DNA of 64,000 nucleotides from Leptogorgia sarmentosa (lineage: Eukaryota). A program made the position numbers and the translations under genes. The first letter of the stretch is position 1, and the number at the start of each line of letters is the position of its first letter. The notes under the pieces are model-generated. The model worked only from the letters and a program-made list of their open reading frames with translations. It did no database searches and was not told where the DNA came from. Below are positions 39,901 through 52,355 of this stretch, one piece after another. The stretch is taken from the NCBI GenBank assembly GCA_964658305.1, contig OZ210885.1:806001-870000 (forward strand), read 5' to 3'.

Positions 39901-40733
39901 TATCGTGTCTTGACCGACACGAAAGATCTGTCAAATAGAAGCAGCTGCTGCATTTTGTTTCACAAACATCTATATACGCAAAACATTTTCCTGCGAAATT
40001 TTGCACAGCAGTTATCAAAAGCAGGGATGCTAAAGTCCTGGATTAATTACAGAATTCAAGGCCTGAATTCGAGATGTACCAGTTGTGGACAATTTCGTGA
40101 AATGTTTAAGTAATTAAAACATTTTTCCTCACATAATATTTTTAACTACGCAAATACAAAGGAATAATACATTTTAAATATAAAAGTCTCTAAATTAACG
40201 CTGTCTGGTATAGTGAGAGATTAAAAATTACTACAAATTACAAACAATTTTAAAGTTTGTAAACTACACCACGTAATTTTATTGTTGCAAAGGTTTCGAT
40301 TCGTAAATTATCTCCATCAATGCTACTAATATCTGTTGTTAACTAATAGATGTAAACAACAAACTTCAAAATAGTGTTTTCACCATGCCAACTTTCAAAC
40401 AATAAATTACAAACTAGCAACAACTTCAACAATGCTACAACAAAACTTAAATTACTTAATGTTTCGAGCAAAAACCTCTTCCGTTCACTACTGTACTTCT
40501 AAATACTACAACTGAAGTGTTCATGCACAAAATTTTCAAACAAGGTTCAGTTGAAATATTCCAGACAATCACATACCTTGAACTTTTAGGTCAAATGGTT
40601 GGAATACAACATCTTCTTGGCCAGGTTTGCAATCTCTTTTTGCTTCAACTTGCGCCACTAAGTCCGCCAGTTGGCTGAGAAACAAAAACGATGCACAAAT
40701 GTACGACACAAATTTCATTTGAAGTCTCTTCAT
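36996..40733 (-). CDS. Secreted PAN-EGF-fibrinogen/intelectin-like protein, copy 3. Exons 40733-40577, 39389-39160, 38901-38790, 38237-38158, 37643-36996
   Basis: Same architecture; flanks and introns are closely similar to copy 1. Confidence 0.85.
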
Positions 40734-41715
40734 CTTCTTCCTTAGGAACACTCTGCTGCGTTAGTTGATCCACCTGTGTTTTTATTTGACCTCTTTGCTG
40801 CCAATGACCACACGCATGCGTTGAGCTACTGGAGCATCTGATTGGTTCATTTGTACAGTCCACTTTCAACCACCTGCTCTATGTTTCCGTCGTGTTGCAC
40901 ATTTTCCTTGTCGAAGGAAAATAAACTAACCAAAATAAAAGTAGACCAATCTACTGAATATAGCCATTGATATATAATTTATAAATATAATTATTATAAT
41001 AGGTTATTGTATTGGATCGAAACACGTTGTCGTTATCATTACACCAACTGATGTTTGATTAAGCTATATTTACTACTTTTATAGCGTGCATATTTCGAAA
41101 ATACATCGCAATCATCATTATAGTACGAATTTCGCCCGGCTATTTACACCAAGGAAAGCAAAGCATTCAACATTCATTGCTGCCGCTGTGACAATAATTA
41201 TTCATGTAAATGAACTTTATTTAAGAAGTTCACAACAATACGACCGATATCGATCAAACGTCAATTATTACATATTAATTATATTATTACATGATTAAAC
41301 GTCATTACATATGAATAAAACCGATTGGAAATGTAATGTCCATTGCTGGAAGAAAATGTATATAAATTGTAGCTGCACAGAGGCTGAGTTAACTGTGGAT
41401 AAACGCACGTAAACATTTGACATAACATATAGACAGGTGTAAAAGAGCAAATAATTAAATGGCATAAAATTGTCAGAAATTTGAAATTAATGGATTGTTT
41501 ACGCGTGCACGGTAAAAATAGAAACCCTCAGTATACAAGACTAGTGTCCTAAGCACAATTTACGCGCATTTAAGTGGAAAATTTCCAATAGATTATATGT
41601 CTTGTATATTAAATTATCTTCATTCATTTCTTCCCCAAAATAAATATAGTAGTTAATTTAATTAATATGGCAATTGAATACAATTGTCAGCTGAGATGTA
41701 TTGAGTTTGCTGTAA

Positions 41716-42222
41716 GGAGGTGTTTATCTGGAGGCGAGCCAGCCCGAGTACCCGAGTCAGCCCGCGCTTAGCCCAGCTGAATGATTTTCATCTCGTATTT
41801 GCATGAGACTTTTGAGGCGGAAATAATTCCTTACGAACGTGAAATGCACACTTCTGAAAGTCACTTTCACAGTTATAACTCACAGAACCGTTTCCTGAGA
41901 CCTTTTAAGATTGAATATATCGGTAAAACATATAATTCGTAGCAGTATATTCGCGCAAAAAGCGAAATAACAGCCAGCCCGCCACTTAGGCGAGTAAGCC
42001 CGGCTAATTGCGTTTATACGGAAGTTTCCAGCCCGCCTAGGCGGCATCCCGCTTCGGCAAAGCGAGATCTCGCCTTGGCGGGCCAGCCCGGTTCCCATAT
42101 AAACGCAAGATGAATATTACAATAAAATAATTAATTATATTGTGACATTAGATCTCACTGCATGTGAGCGAGCCAATCCGGGTGTCCAGGGTACCGTAGC
42201 TCGCCTTCATATAAACACCCCC
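41716..42222. mobile_element. PIF/Harbinger-type MITE
   Basis: TAA-GGAGGTGTTTAT...ATAAACACCCCC-TAA. Confidence 0.85.
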
Positions 42223-42578
42223 TAAAATCACTTGTCTATTCATGATAGTCACGATAATCCTTCACTAGCCTTTCCTAACGAAACTAACGGACGTTTTACC
42301 CCACTGCTCTACACTTATCAATAGATTACAGTCATCTTTTTAATTCAAGCAACACCTGACATACTATTCCGCTTTGCACTAGCAGGTTATTAATATCAAA
42401 GGACGAGTAATGGGTATATAAAATGAATAACCAACACACTAGTATTTGTTAACAAAGTTTATTTCTAAAAGCAGAACACAAATGTGTACAGCTATATCAA
42501 CTACATCTTGTATTTAAAGTGAATTTTGTGTTGTCCAATATCGTAATTATTCTATGTTGTTTCATGATGCTACATCGT

Positions 42579-44863
42579 TTAGTATCCGTAGAGGTTACAC
42601 TAGACAATAAAAAAGGCAAATAATTAGTCCCAAAGGCCAAGCCATGCGAGTTAGATGCAAGAAGCAAAATTCATCTCGTCATTAAACTCCGGTTCTATTA
42701 CATGCAAGAATTGAGGAACGAAGGGCGTCATGGGAAACGCCAAATTCTAGCCCGAATCATCTCGTCATTAAAGCCATCCGTAAATTCAAGTTTACAAAAA
42801 TGGTTCAAAGGCACTTGTTTGTAATCTTGAATCTTGATTCAAAGTTTTGTCATATAAGACAAATCGTCAAGTTTTGAGATGATGTTAAAAATCAGATGGC
42901 ATGCAATTAAGCCTCAGCTATCAACTTTAGTATACACCCAACCATCGTCTATTACAAATGCCACATTCTGATTGGCTACTCAGCCTTCTGGGCATAGAGT
43001 GTATACTAAAACAATTAGACAACTCGGCCTCCTTGTCTATGAGCGAATAGTCAACTCGGCCTCGTTGTCTAATTGTTAAATGGTCCAAATGTGAGTTGAG
43101 TAAATTTTCGCTTACCGTTCGCTTGCAAGGTCCGGGTTTGCAGATTTTGCCGCAAATGTAAGACTGGGTGCGACACCTGGTGCAGAGGTTGGTCACTATC
43201 TTGCAGACAAGGACCTTTCTTGGAACTTTCTTTGTCTTCCACACGAAACGGGGTCCGTATCCTGGGTAGTAAGCCAGATAGTGTTTGTATCTGACGATTC
43301 TGTATCTGATCACAGTGTTACAAACACGTTTGGTACATTTAACTTTTCTGCAAACACGTCGGGTACATCTTCTGGGTCGGCAAATCGGTACGCATCCACA
43401 GGCCCTACACCAAAGTTTTCCTTTCCTGTAACGCCTGCATGGCGCCAAACCTAAAATAATCAAACCACATCGGGAAATGTTAAAATCTAGCTTGGGTCGA
43501 ACAGTTACGGGAGTTGTTAGGTTTTCTGGAGAACATGACATCATAGGACATGGCTTTGAAGTAATTGATGGAGCTGACCTCGTTTCTCTGGCTCATCATC
43601 AGCGACATCTGTGGTTTCTTCTAAAAAGGCAAGAGAAAAGCGCAAATCAAAACTGGGAACAAATTTTTTGGTGCGATTGAAGGCACCACAGCTTTGAGAG
43701 CGGCAAAATTGATTTGCTTTGGAATTACTAGTGTACTGCTCTACAGGGTGTAAAAAAAAACGCAGCCTCGTGGATAATTATGCATTCGATGAAATTTTAA
43801 TTCTCAGTAATGTAATTATTATTCATATTAGTTTGATTTTACGCCTCTGGAATTTCATATTTTGTGTACAGTATAAGTAAAAGCAAAACAGGACAAATTA
43901 AGTACTGTGATACAACAACGCGGTTCCATTCTTTTGGGGCACACCCTGTATATAAAGGCCTGTTTACACCGGCAATTTTTGCTTCGATTTTGGAAGCGAT
44001 GTTCTCCTTTTGAACGACGTGAAAGAGTAGATTACTTATTAAAGTTGTTGTGAGATTTCATAACTTGGAACGTTTATAAATTATCAACTCCTTCACATCG
44101 TTCAAAAGGAGAAAATCGCACCTAAAATCGCAGAAAAAATCGACGATATAAACGGGGCTTAAGAAGGGGGGTGCCGGGTGGCCATATTTGCTTCGATCAA
44201 CTCCTTCAGTCATTACCTTCATCTTCTTCATCAGCTTCTTCGTCTTCGCTTTCATCTTCATCCTCGGCAGTCTCGTCTTCCTCAGCCTCGGGTTGTTCAT
44301 CGTTCACGTCAGCAGTCTCTGGTTGGTCGGCCATCTTGGGCGCGTCGACCGCGGGGGTCTCGTCATCGGCACGAGCAACTTTTGTTTGGAAAAAGAAAAA
44401 CTTGGATTTATTTGCAATCCTTCTCAGTCCAGATACTCGCCCGAATGTTTATCATTTCGCCAACAAAAGAAAGATTTTTGTGGCAAGTCTCAATTTTAAT
44501 TATGCAAGCATGCCAAGCAATATATATGACATTTTATGGAGTAAATTCGACCGCGTCATTTCAGAAATGTAACCAATTTCAAACGCTTTCAGTGAAAAGT
44601 ACATAAAAATACGACAAGTATTTTTCCTAAACAATGGACACTACAAGATTGTAATGAAATTAAACTCAGCTAAAATATGTTTTAAAATCGTTTGGTTTTA
44701 AATCTTTTTGGAGGCCGCATGTCGGAGGTTGATTGCATGCTCGCTCAGGCTTGCCCACTGTTACGAGAAGGCAACACTTAATGAAGTTCTGACACCACAA
44801 TCACTTACCAAACACACAGGCCGAAGCCACCAAAAGGAAACACAACAGTGCAAAACTCTTCAT
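42579..44863 (-). CDS. Secreted prepropeptide, 204 aa: signal peptide, acidic propeptide, KR site, cationic 16-Cys mature peptide. Exons 44863-44809, 44378-44217, 43620-43579, 43450-43116, 42599-42579
   Basis: Canonical GT-AG sites and phases 1,1,1,0 give MKSFALLCFLLVASACVFVARA-DDETPAV...DDEPEKR-GLAPCRRYRKG...CKRTCNLYGY*. A TATA box lies upstream and AATAAA at 42463-42458. Confidence 0.9.
43744..43948. mobile_element. Tc1/mariner-type MITE in intron 2 of the peptide gene
   Basis: TA-CAGGGTGT...ACACCCTG-TA. Confidence 0.8.
43956..44160. mobile_element. PIF/Harbinger-like MITE (a degenerate relative lies near 59125-59285)
   Basis: taa-aggcctgtttac...gattttgg / ctaaaatcg...ataaacggggct-taa, imperfect TIRs. 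Confidence 0.6.
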
Positions 44864-44939
44864 GATTCTTCTGTTTCTGTTTGGATTCTTTCTTTCTTGA
44901 AGATCAAACTCGAAGTGACAAACTGTTGAAACTTGCCCC

Positions 44940-44946
44940 TTTTATA
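44940..44946 (-). promoter_or_regulatory. TATA box of the peptide precursor gene
   Basis: The minus strand reads gggTATAAAAgggg, about 77 nt upstream of the ATG. Confidence 0.75.
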
Positions 44947-47900
44947 CCCATTTCCAGCGCCATTATGCAAGACTCGCAATCCCCTCTGCAGCCATGGTTA
45001 CAATATTCGTCAGCATGATCGCCAGCAGCGAAAGCCAATATGTCGAGTGCCTCCACTTTTCTTAACTTTACTTCCGGATGACAAAGAAAACTTTAAAATA
45101 GAAACTAACATTTGAAAGTAATTCTGAAGGGGCTGAAGTGCAAAAGCCAGTATATTAAAGTGCTTCAGTTGTTTTGCTTCAAGTAGGAAAACGCCCACCT
45201 GAAGCGATGTTGATTCAATTCATGGTTACGTTTATGAATTTGCCATGCAAGCAGAATATTATTGCTAAATAGAGAGAACGAATTTGAGACATTTATTTCG
45301 ACGCAACTGCTCTACAGGTTCCCCATTTATCCGCCTCGCCATGATCGACAAAACGTCCTTTAATTGTGTTAGTTTAATTAAAAATTGGTCGGATTTGAAA
45401 TTCAAATTCATCGGATTTGAATTGAATTCCACGATTGGGCGATATACCTTACAATATATATTAGGAAGGAATTACAACATCGACGTGTAGTTAAAGTACT
45501 ACTCACTGCCGAAACAATGCAACAAGATTTGAGGGAACTCCCACACTAAATTCCGACGAAGGGCCTTTGCCTATTGTATCATTTCGGTAGAACAGAACTT
45601 TTGTTTCTTGTATAACCTAGCTTGCAAACACTTTAAGAGTTTGTATAAGATTTTGTTTTTTTAAAAGATTTTTTCATCAAAGAACAATCTCTACCAAGTA
45701 CTTTCATCGATATATACACAAAGAAAAAGCACATAATGCATGCTATCCTATACTGTTGGTTAAATTTTACTTAGCATATTATGCCATATGCAATATTTGT
45801 ATATGTGCATCAAAATCAATAAAACAAGGTGGTGATATACTTCTTAGTAGCTACCCACAAATAAACTAAATGTCTTTATTTCAGGGAAATCACTTTGAAA
45901 AAGGATCGTTTTTACTAAGACAATGATTACGAATACCATTTCATTGATTCAGAAGATATGCATCATATCGAAATTGTCATTGCTTCGTATATATACAAGA
46001 ATGACTGCTATAGTATGGTCAAGATTCAAATGAGTATATAATTATTGTCACACTGTACATGTATGATTATGAAAAAAACTATTATAATAAAAATTTATTG
46101 AAAATATAATTTTGTATAGAGTTTGTAGCATTTTTAAATTTTTTTTAATGAAAGAGCATCTTCATCGATAAAATGACAACAACAATATACAAAGAATGCA
46201 GTCTGCATGCAGAGAAAGCACAAGATGATAGCATATAATACACCTGGTAGGTTTAAGATCGCCGTTGGAAAATGCGAATTTTGTACACGATTGTAATTAA
46301 CATCAATAGCACGCTTGTCATGAACTACGAAAAAACTGAATGATGAAAGACAATGATTGTGAATATACTATAATGATTTTTGGCGCATTACATTTGTAGA
46401 AAAATTTGGGGTTTCGACTTCGGCACCACTGGACGTGTTCAATACAAGTTTTAAATTACGACAAGGTCACTCTAGAATGTCATATTTGAAATATGACAAA
46501 TGTAGATTGAATATTATAGTCTGATTGTAGTGTAACCAGGTATAAATTATCATGCTCACAGAAACTTTAGTTGGAATGTAATCAATATTGAATAATTATA
46601 TCGTGCATGTTCATTAATTTTTGGGAGTAGTTGACAATAAATGTTGTTTCATACAATGCACAGTAGCTATTTCTTCAGTACATGACATGTTCATCAGAAT
46701 GCAAGTCCACGTTGCTGAAGAATCATCACCATGCACTCAGCACAGGATCTTTACTGTTTAATTATAATTATTATATTACTTGATCATACGTCATGATAAT
46801 TTTTAAACGTAATTATGGCGCTCGCCAGATTCACTTGTTCCTACACAATAATAGTTTAGTTGAAACTGTAATTATCTGTACTATCACGACAAAAATGAAA
46901 GCATTCAGCTTTTGTTGAGCCGCTGCGTATAAAGCTCCTAAGATGGTTTTTATAACAGGACGAACTGTAATCAAACAGCAAAAGTGTTCTGACAAATAAT
47001 ATTCTACGTTATGCTGTGTATTCTTGAAGTGAAGCTCCATATTATCTAATATAGCTCGGTATAATTTTAAGATTTAAAGCTTAAAAGGTGCTATTAGCTA
47101 ACTATATAAACCGAAAAATATTGACTGATATGTGCACAGAAATGTGCTTTGTGTGGACGGAAGTTTAATTTCCTCAAGTGGACCCAGTTGAATTTTTTTT
47201 TATTTAACCTTTTCTGGTTGTCTTGAATTATATTTATAATGCTTATGACTCATCTGTGCATGTGGATATTTGCGTTGGATAAACAGTTTCTAATAACTGA
47301 GCTGTCTAGGGGGCAGTCGTTATTATAGGTGAACATACGCCAAGTAGCTACAAGCACTTGAAAACACACGACTCGGCTGAAGTGGTCAGGGAATTAGGGG
47401 AGGTACAATACTTGAAGAATAATCTTGATGAAGAAAATGAACACAGAAGTGACTGTACATTTTAAGTACTTTTATTAGTAAAATTTTATTAAAAAAACTT
47501 TCATATTTCAATGTCCTCAACAAATAATATCTATATAAAGGATGTGTTTGGAATTAACAGTCAATGAAAGTCGATCTATAGTTTTATAACATGCATATAC
47601 GTCAAAATTATTGCATGTTTATAATTTAATTAATTAATACTGTATATTACAGAATTACCAATAACACTTATGTCGATTTGATGTATCGTGTGATATTGCA
47701 TGGGAGGTGTGGGGAGGACAGTGGGAGGCTTGGTGGCGAGGAAAACATGAGTTGGGGGCAGGTATAGCTACATCAGTAGACTTAAGGCGACACGCAAAAA
47801 AACATTTCATTAATTCACACGGTGTAATCTTTGGATTCATATAACATTAAGAATAATATTATTCTTGGCTATCCGATGTTTATGTTGTTGAAAATGAAAA

Positions 47901-50900
47901 ATGGTTAAGCTGTACAACAACCACAACACGTACAAATCACCGCGACAAACAGCATATTTTAAATGAGATACCACATTTGATATTTTCGAAGTTTGGGATA
48001 AAACTGTCTTTGATCCTCTATACATTGTAATTCTTTTAATGTACTGCAAGGGTTTCATCAGTTTCATAAACATATTAGCTATAAATTAACTGTTAAAGAA
48101 ATCACATGTATATAGTAAGCCCATTTTGATGGTTTACCAAGTGTCTGAAAATACTATTGAATGTATGATGTGTGAGCTTCATTTGCTCTAGCTGACTCAA
48201 AGGTGATTTTGGTTTCCTTTGTCCAGCTAATTACAAACATGTTCCTGTTCATTTTCCTGTTGTGACGTGATGAAACAGCCATTTCCTGTGACCTTTTACT
48301 TCTTTAACTTGAGTTGTAAGACCTAAAATGTAAAGACGTGAAATCAACTGAACACTGTAGTTAATTGCACTTTTTTCTCGAGATAATTTTTAAAAACTCC
48401 TTTAAGTATGTTAGGTTTCTAACTGAAAAGGCTGTTTGTGCGCAGGTACATCATATACTCTGCATGAGTAGCATAATCAACTCTATTTTACGGGACGAAG
48501 AGGATGGGGTACTCTCTTAATTCGAAAGATTGAAAATTTCAATCTTTCAACAGTTTGAGTATTCAATCTTTCAACAGTTAGAGTCAAAAATACTGTTTCA
48601 GTGTACAATTCGATTGAAAGTATGTCTGTCGATAAAGACGACGGCAAATCTACTTAATGCTTACATTCCAAAAACTTTATGTCTCTTCTAGCAACATTTC
48701 TGTCCTTGATTAAGGTTGAATAAGGTCACTTTCTCCCAGCTGCTGTAAGAAAGATGATAGCATACTCCCACTTCTTCTTTTGAGACGGATCGATATTGGA
48801 TCATGTTTTCTACAGTGAAAGACTACATGGATATTTTGCATGCTGTCGCACAGATACAGAAAACAAATTCTATTCACTAAAATATATTCTTTCAATCCTA
48901 AATATTGGGTTTTGCAACTAATCTGTGGGAGAAATACATGATTTGATTGAAAATTTATTACTGAAACCTAGTCGAAACCTTGACTAAAATTTTAACTATT
49001 TTCGGAGTGTCTATATATTGTTTTGCTCTCTTTAAAATTACTCAATGGCAACCGTAAGAACTGGGTATAAAGTCTTTGCTGTTTTTTTTTTCAAATCGTG
49101 ATCAATTTTCAAATCTTAACAAAGTGTTAAAATCAAGCTTAAAAAGATCAAAAATAATGCTGGGAGTGGGCCACAGATATGACGTCAAGCAAGAAAAGTG
49201 GTTCGAACATACAGGAACAACGCTCGTCATATGTAGGCCCGAGGCAACACAACATTATACGCATGTAAAATCGCCGAGGCATGTCATGACTGACAAGGTG
49301 AAAGTTATTTTTATTTGAAGCAGACAACAAAACACCCACGAAATAGATTGGCCCTGCACGAAAGTCATGTCAAAGAAAAAACACCGATTTTATTTGGCTA
49401 ATTTTGACGCCTTTTTGTTCACAATCATTTTCGACAAAACGACATTTCTTTAAAGCCTAAATTATTTAGAATTCAAAATGTAATTTTTAATAAAGAAACA
49501 TAACTTTTTAGTTGTTCAATTTTCGTATAACAAGTGCGCATTCTTAGCTAAAAATAGCGGCATACCGTACGCTATTGAGCTGATTATGAATTTAATCAAC
49601 CTCACAACTTGGTTATTTTATAAGTGACCTGTTTTTACAGTGTTTACTAGTCAAACTATTCATATTTGCAAATAAAATGTATTTCTCTGTTATCTACTTA
49701 TTTTTTTAATCCAAATATGAATTTTTTTGCAAAATTCAAAAAAAGAAGGCCCAGGAAATGTTTGAACATGCACAATATGTTGTGCGATCTGAAAGGTGAT
49801 CATCGGTGGTGTATAGTTCGCAATAAGTTGACTCTATAAGTTCTTATTGATTAATTAGCTACTTTTATTACTTAATCCTGTAAATATATTTTTTAACTTC
49901 ATCTTTGTATTTCTTGTTTGTCTTTCCAACTTTGTCGTTAAATATTCCCACTATTTCTGAATGTATGATGTTTACAGGGAGGTACTCCATGTCTCTTAGA
50001 AATGTGCTCTTCTGAACGCTTAGAGTTGAAAGTTTAGGGTTTAGAGTTTATTTAGGACAACCTTTATCGAATATCGCTGTATATCGAATATGGTGGATTT
50101 TTTGACCATCCGCTCATCACAGGTAAGTATAGTTCAAGTACATAGACTATAGCATGAAGTAAAGTATATCTAAGACGGACAGAAATTCGTTAACTGCTAT
50201 AACTTGCAATATATTGCAAAATTATTATCATGACTGCACAGGTTGGTTAAAGCCTACAAGATTTTTAGGCAGGCGTAAATCACATAAGTGAGTTAAAGGT
50301 TTGCAAATTACATGTACCGAAAGCATTATTATACAATATACTGGTGCGTAATTGTTTCCAGGTAATTTGGCACGGCAGTGTAGTGGCGTACCATTTTAAC
50401 CACGATGCCATAGTTTTTTAATAATCATAAATGGCACGACATTATAAATATTGTAATCGCAGGCAGACTCATAACAGGAACATTAATTAAAATATTCCTC
50501 TTAATGATGTCAATACAATATAAACTTAATGTTAATCGATTTTCATGCACGCACGGGAAATATTGTCCGCAGTTTGCAAAACGATGAAGGTCAAGTGAAC
50601 TGAGACAAAATGATTTGAATGAATGTTTAACATGGAAAAATCAATCAAATTTTCTATTCCGCTATGAATCAAATGAGATAAGTAAACTCCCAATGTTATT
50701 ATTAAATTATTTAAAAGGCGAACATAAAATATCTCTCTGAATCTTTCTTATTAAGGTATTCGTTTTGTCAAATGTCAAATGGCCGGGAAATTTTTAATCT
50801 CGGGAAATATGTTGTACATATTTAGCGACACGTTTAAATCTCGTAGCCAACATAAATAATAAAATATTAATTGCATTCTTACACAATAAGGAATAGTTCT

Positions 50901-51521
50901 CGCAATATATAATGCTCAGTTGAGAGTGCCAACTGATATAATTAATTTGATTAATGATTAGAGTTACAGGGGCGGAGAAAGACGACACTAGACTGAAGTA
51001 TACCATTGAAAGGAGTTGAAATGAAATTTTGCCAGACTTCATAACTGGGACTTCAAAGTCATTTAAAACTGGACAAGTGCCAGTGAAATTTGGCACAAAG
51101 CACACTGTTATAAGTACCGAATTTTTCAATGTTACACAAGAACTATATGCAGATGAATTATATGGTTGCAAAGAATTATGCGAATAGTCGATTGACCGTG
51201 AAATAGACGTACTTTAATTATAGGATAACAACTTGAAATACCAATTACTGAATACGATCCAATAAAGATTAAATACAAGTTTTCTGTTGTCTAGCCGCTT
51301 GCAGTGCCCGCATTTGTTTTGCAAGTGATATTTCATTCCTTTACAGCCTATACGCACAATCTCTACAGGGAAGGGGGAATTATGCGATTTTTTATCCCGT
51401 AATCCCTCTCCTTTCGTTGAGACTAAGCGCCGGCTAAATCCTACAGCAATATACCTGTTATATAAAAATCGCATACACAGACGCTAAAGTTATCTATAAG
51501 ACGCTAAAGTTATATCCATCA

Positions 51522-51746
51522 GGGGCCGGTTGTATCAAAGGCGTTTAGCTTAAACCCTGGATAAGCAAAATTTTAAATTTAAAGCACTCCTATTCGTTTT
51601 GTAAATAATTGAACTAAATGTGTAGTTCTATGCATAGTTGTCATGTTTAGACAGAAAAGTTTAGTTTCCTTGTAATCAATAGTTTATAAACTTGTTCGAT
51701 ATTTTTTACTTATCCACCGTTTAAGTTAAACGCCTTTGATACCCCC
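51522..51746. mobile_element. MITE (Harbinger-like termini); related fragment at about 22733-22780
   Basis: gtatcaaaggcgtttagcttaaac..ggataag / cttatcc..gtttaagttaaacgcctttgatac inverted pair. Confidence 0.75.
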
Positions 51747-52355
51747 AGAGTGTTAACCCTGTAGTTGAAAATACTTCATTGCTCATCAAAAATAAATATC
51801 ATATGCTTAATGAGCTGTATACAAAGCACAAGCCTCTAGCTGGGAGTTTACGGCCTGCTAATCATACAATCGAACAGTCATATCAGATAAACTAATAATG
51901 GTGCTGCTCACAACTGCTCACAAGCGAACAACAAATTTTCATAACAAACAAGAGCAAAGTGTTTTCCACAAGATGCTGAGGTGCTACACCAGTGAATGAG
52001 GGAAACATGACTTTGTGATGAATTACGACAGCAGCCCGGCTGACTCAGTTTACGCGCGCTTGCGATTGTAGTCATTAAACATGCAGTTGTTGCCCTGGAT
52101 AATACGAGTATAGACGCTCTATTAGAAATTCCCAGGAGCTCAAAATCTATTGTGTTTGAAACAAAACGAATATTTTAGAACATCAAGTGCATGGTTGTGT
52201 TTTTTTTATACCCAGTACCATTACAGGCAGTTAGATTTCACAAGCGTTCACGTGCAGTCGAGATACACAAGAGCTGGTAGGAAGATAGGAAAAAGAAAAA
52301 TCTTATTTACATGCAGCAGGTTTATCAACAACAGACAGTGAAACAGCACCTCAAA

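Noticed and set aside
42927..43544. 205-aa ORF taken as a whole gene
   Set aside because: Only 43450-43116 is exon; the flanks are intron and repeat sequence.
44058..44606. Overlapping ORFs rich in Ser, Phe or Lys/Met
   Set aside because: Alternative frames and the antisense strand of the acidic propeptide exon.
50794..51474. Short minus-strand ORFs upstream of paralog A
   Set aside because: No motifs, atypical composition and no exon chain found.
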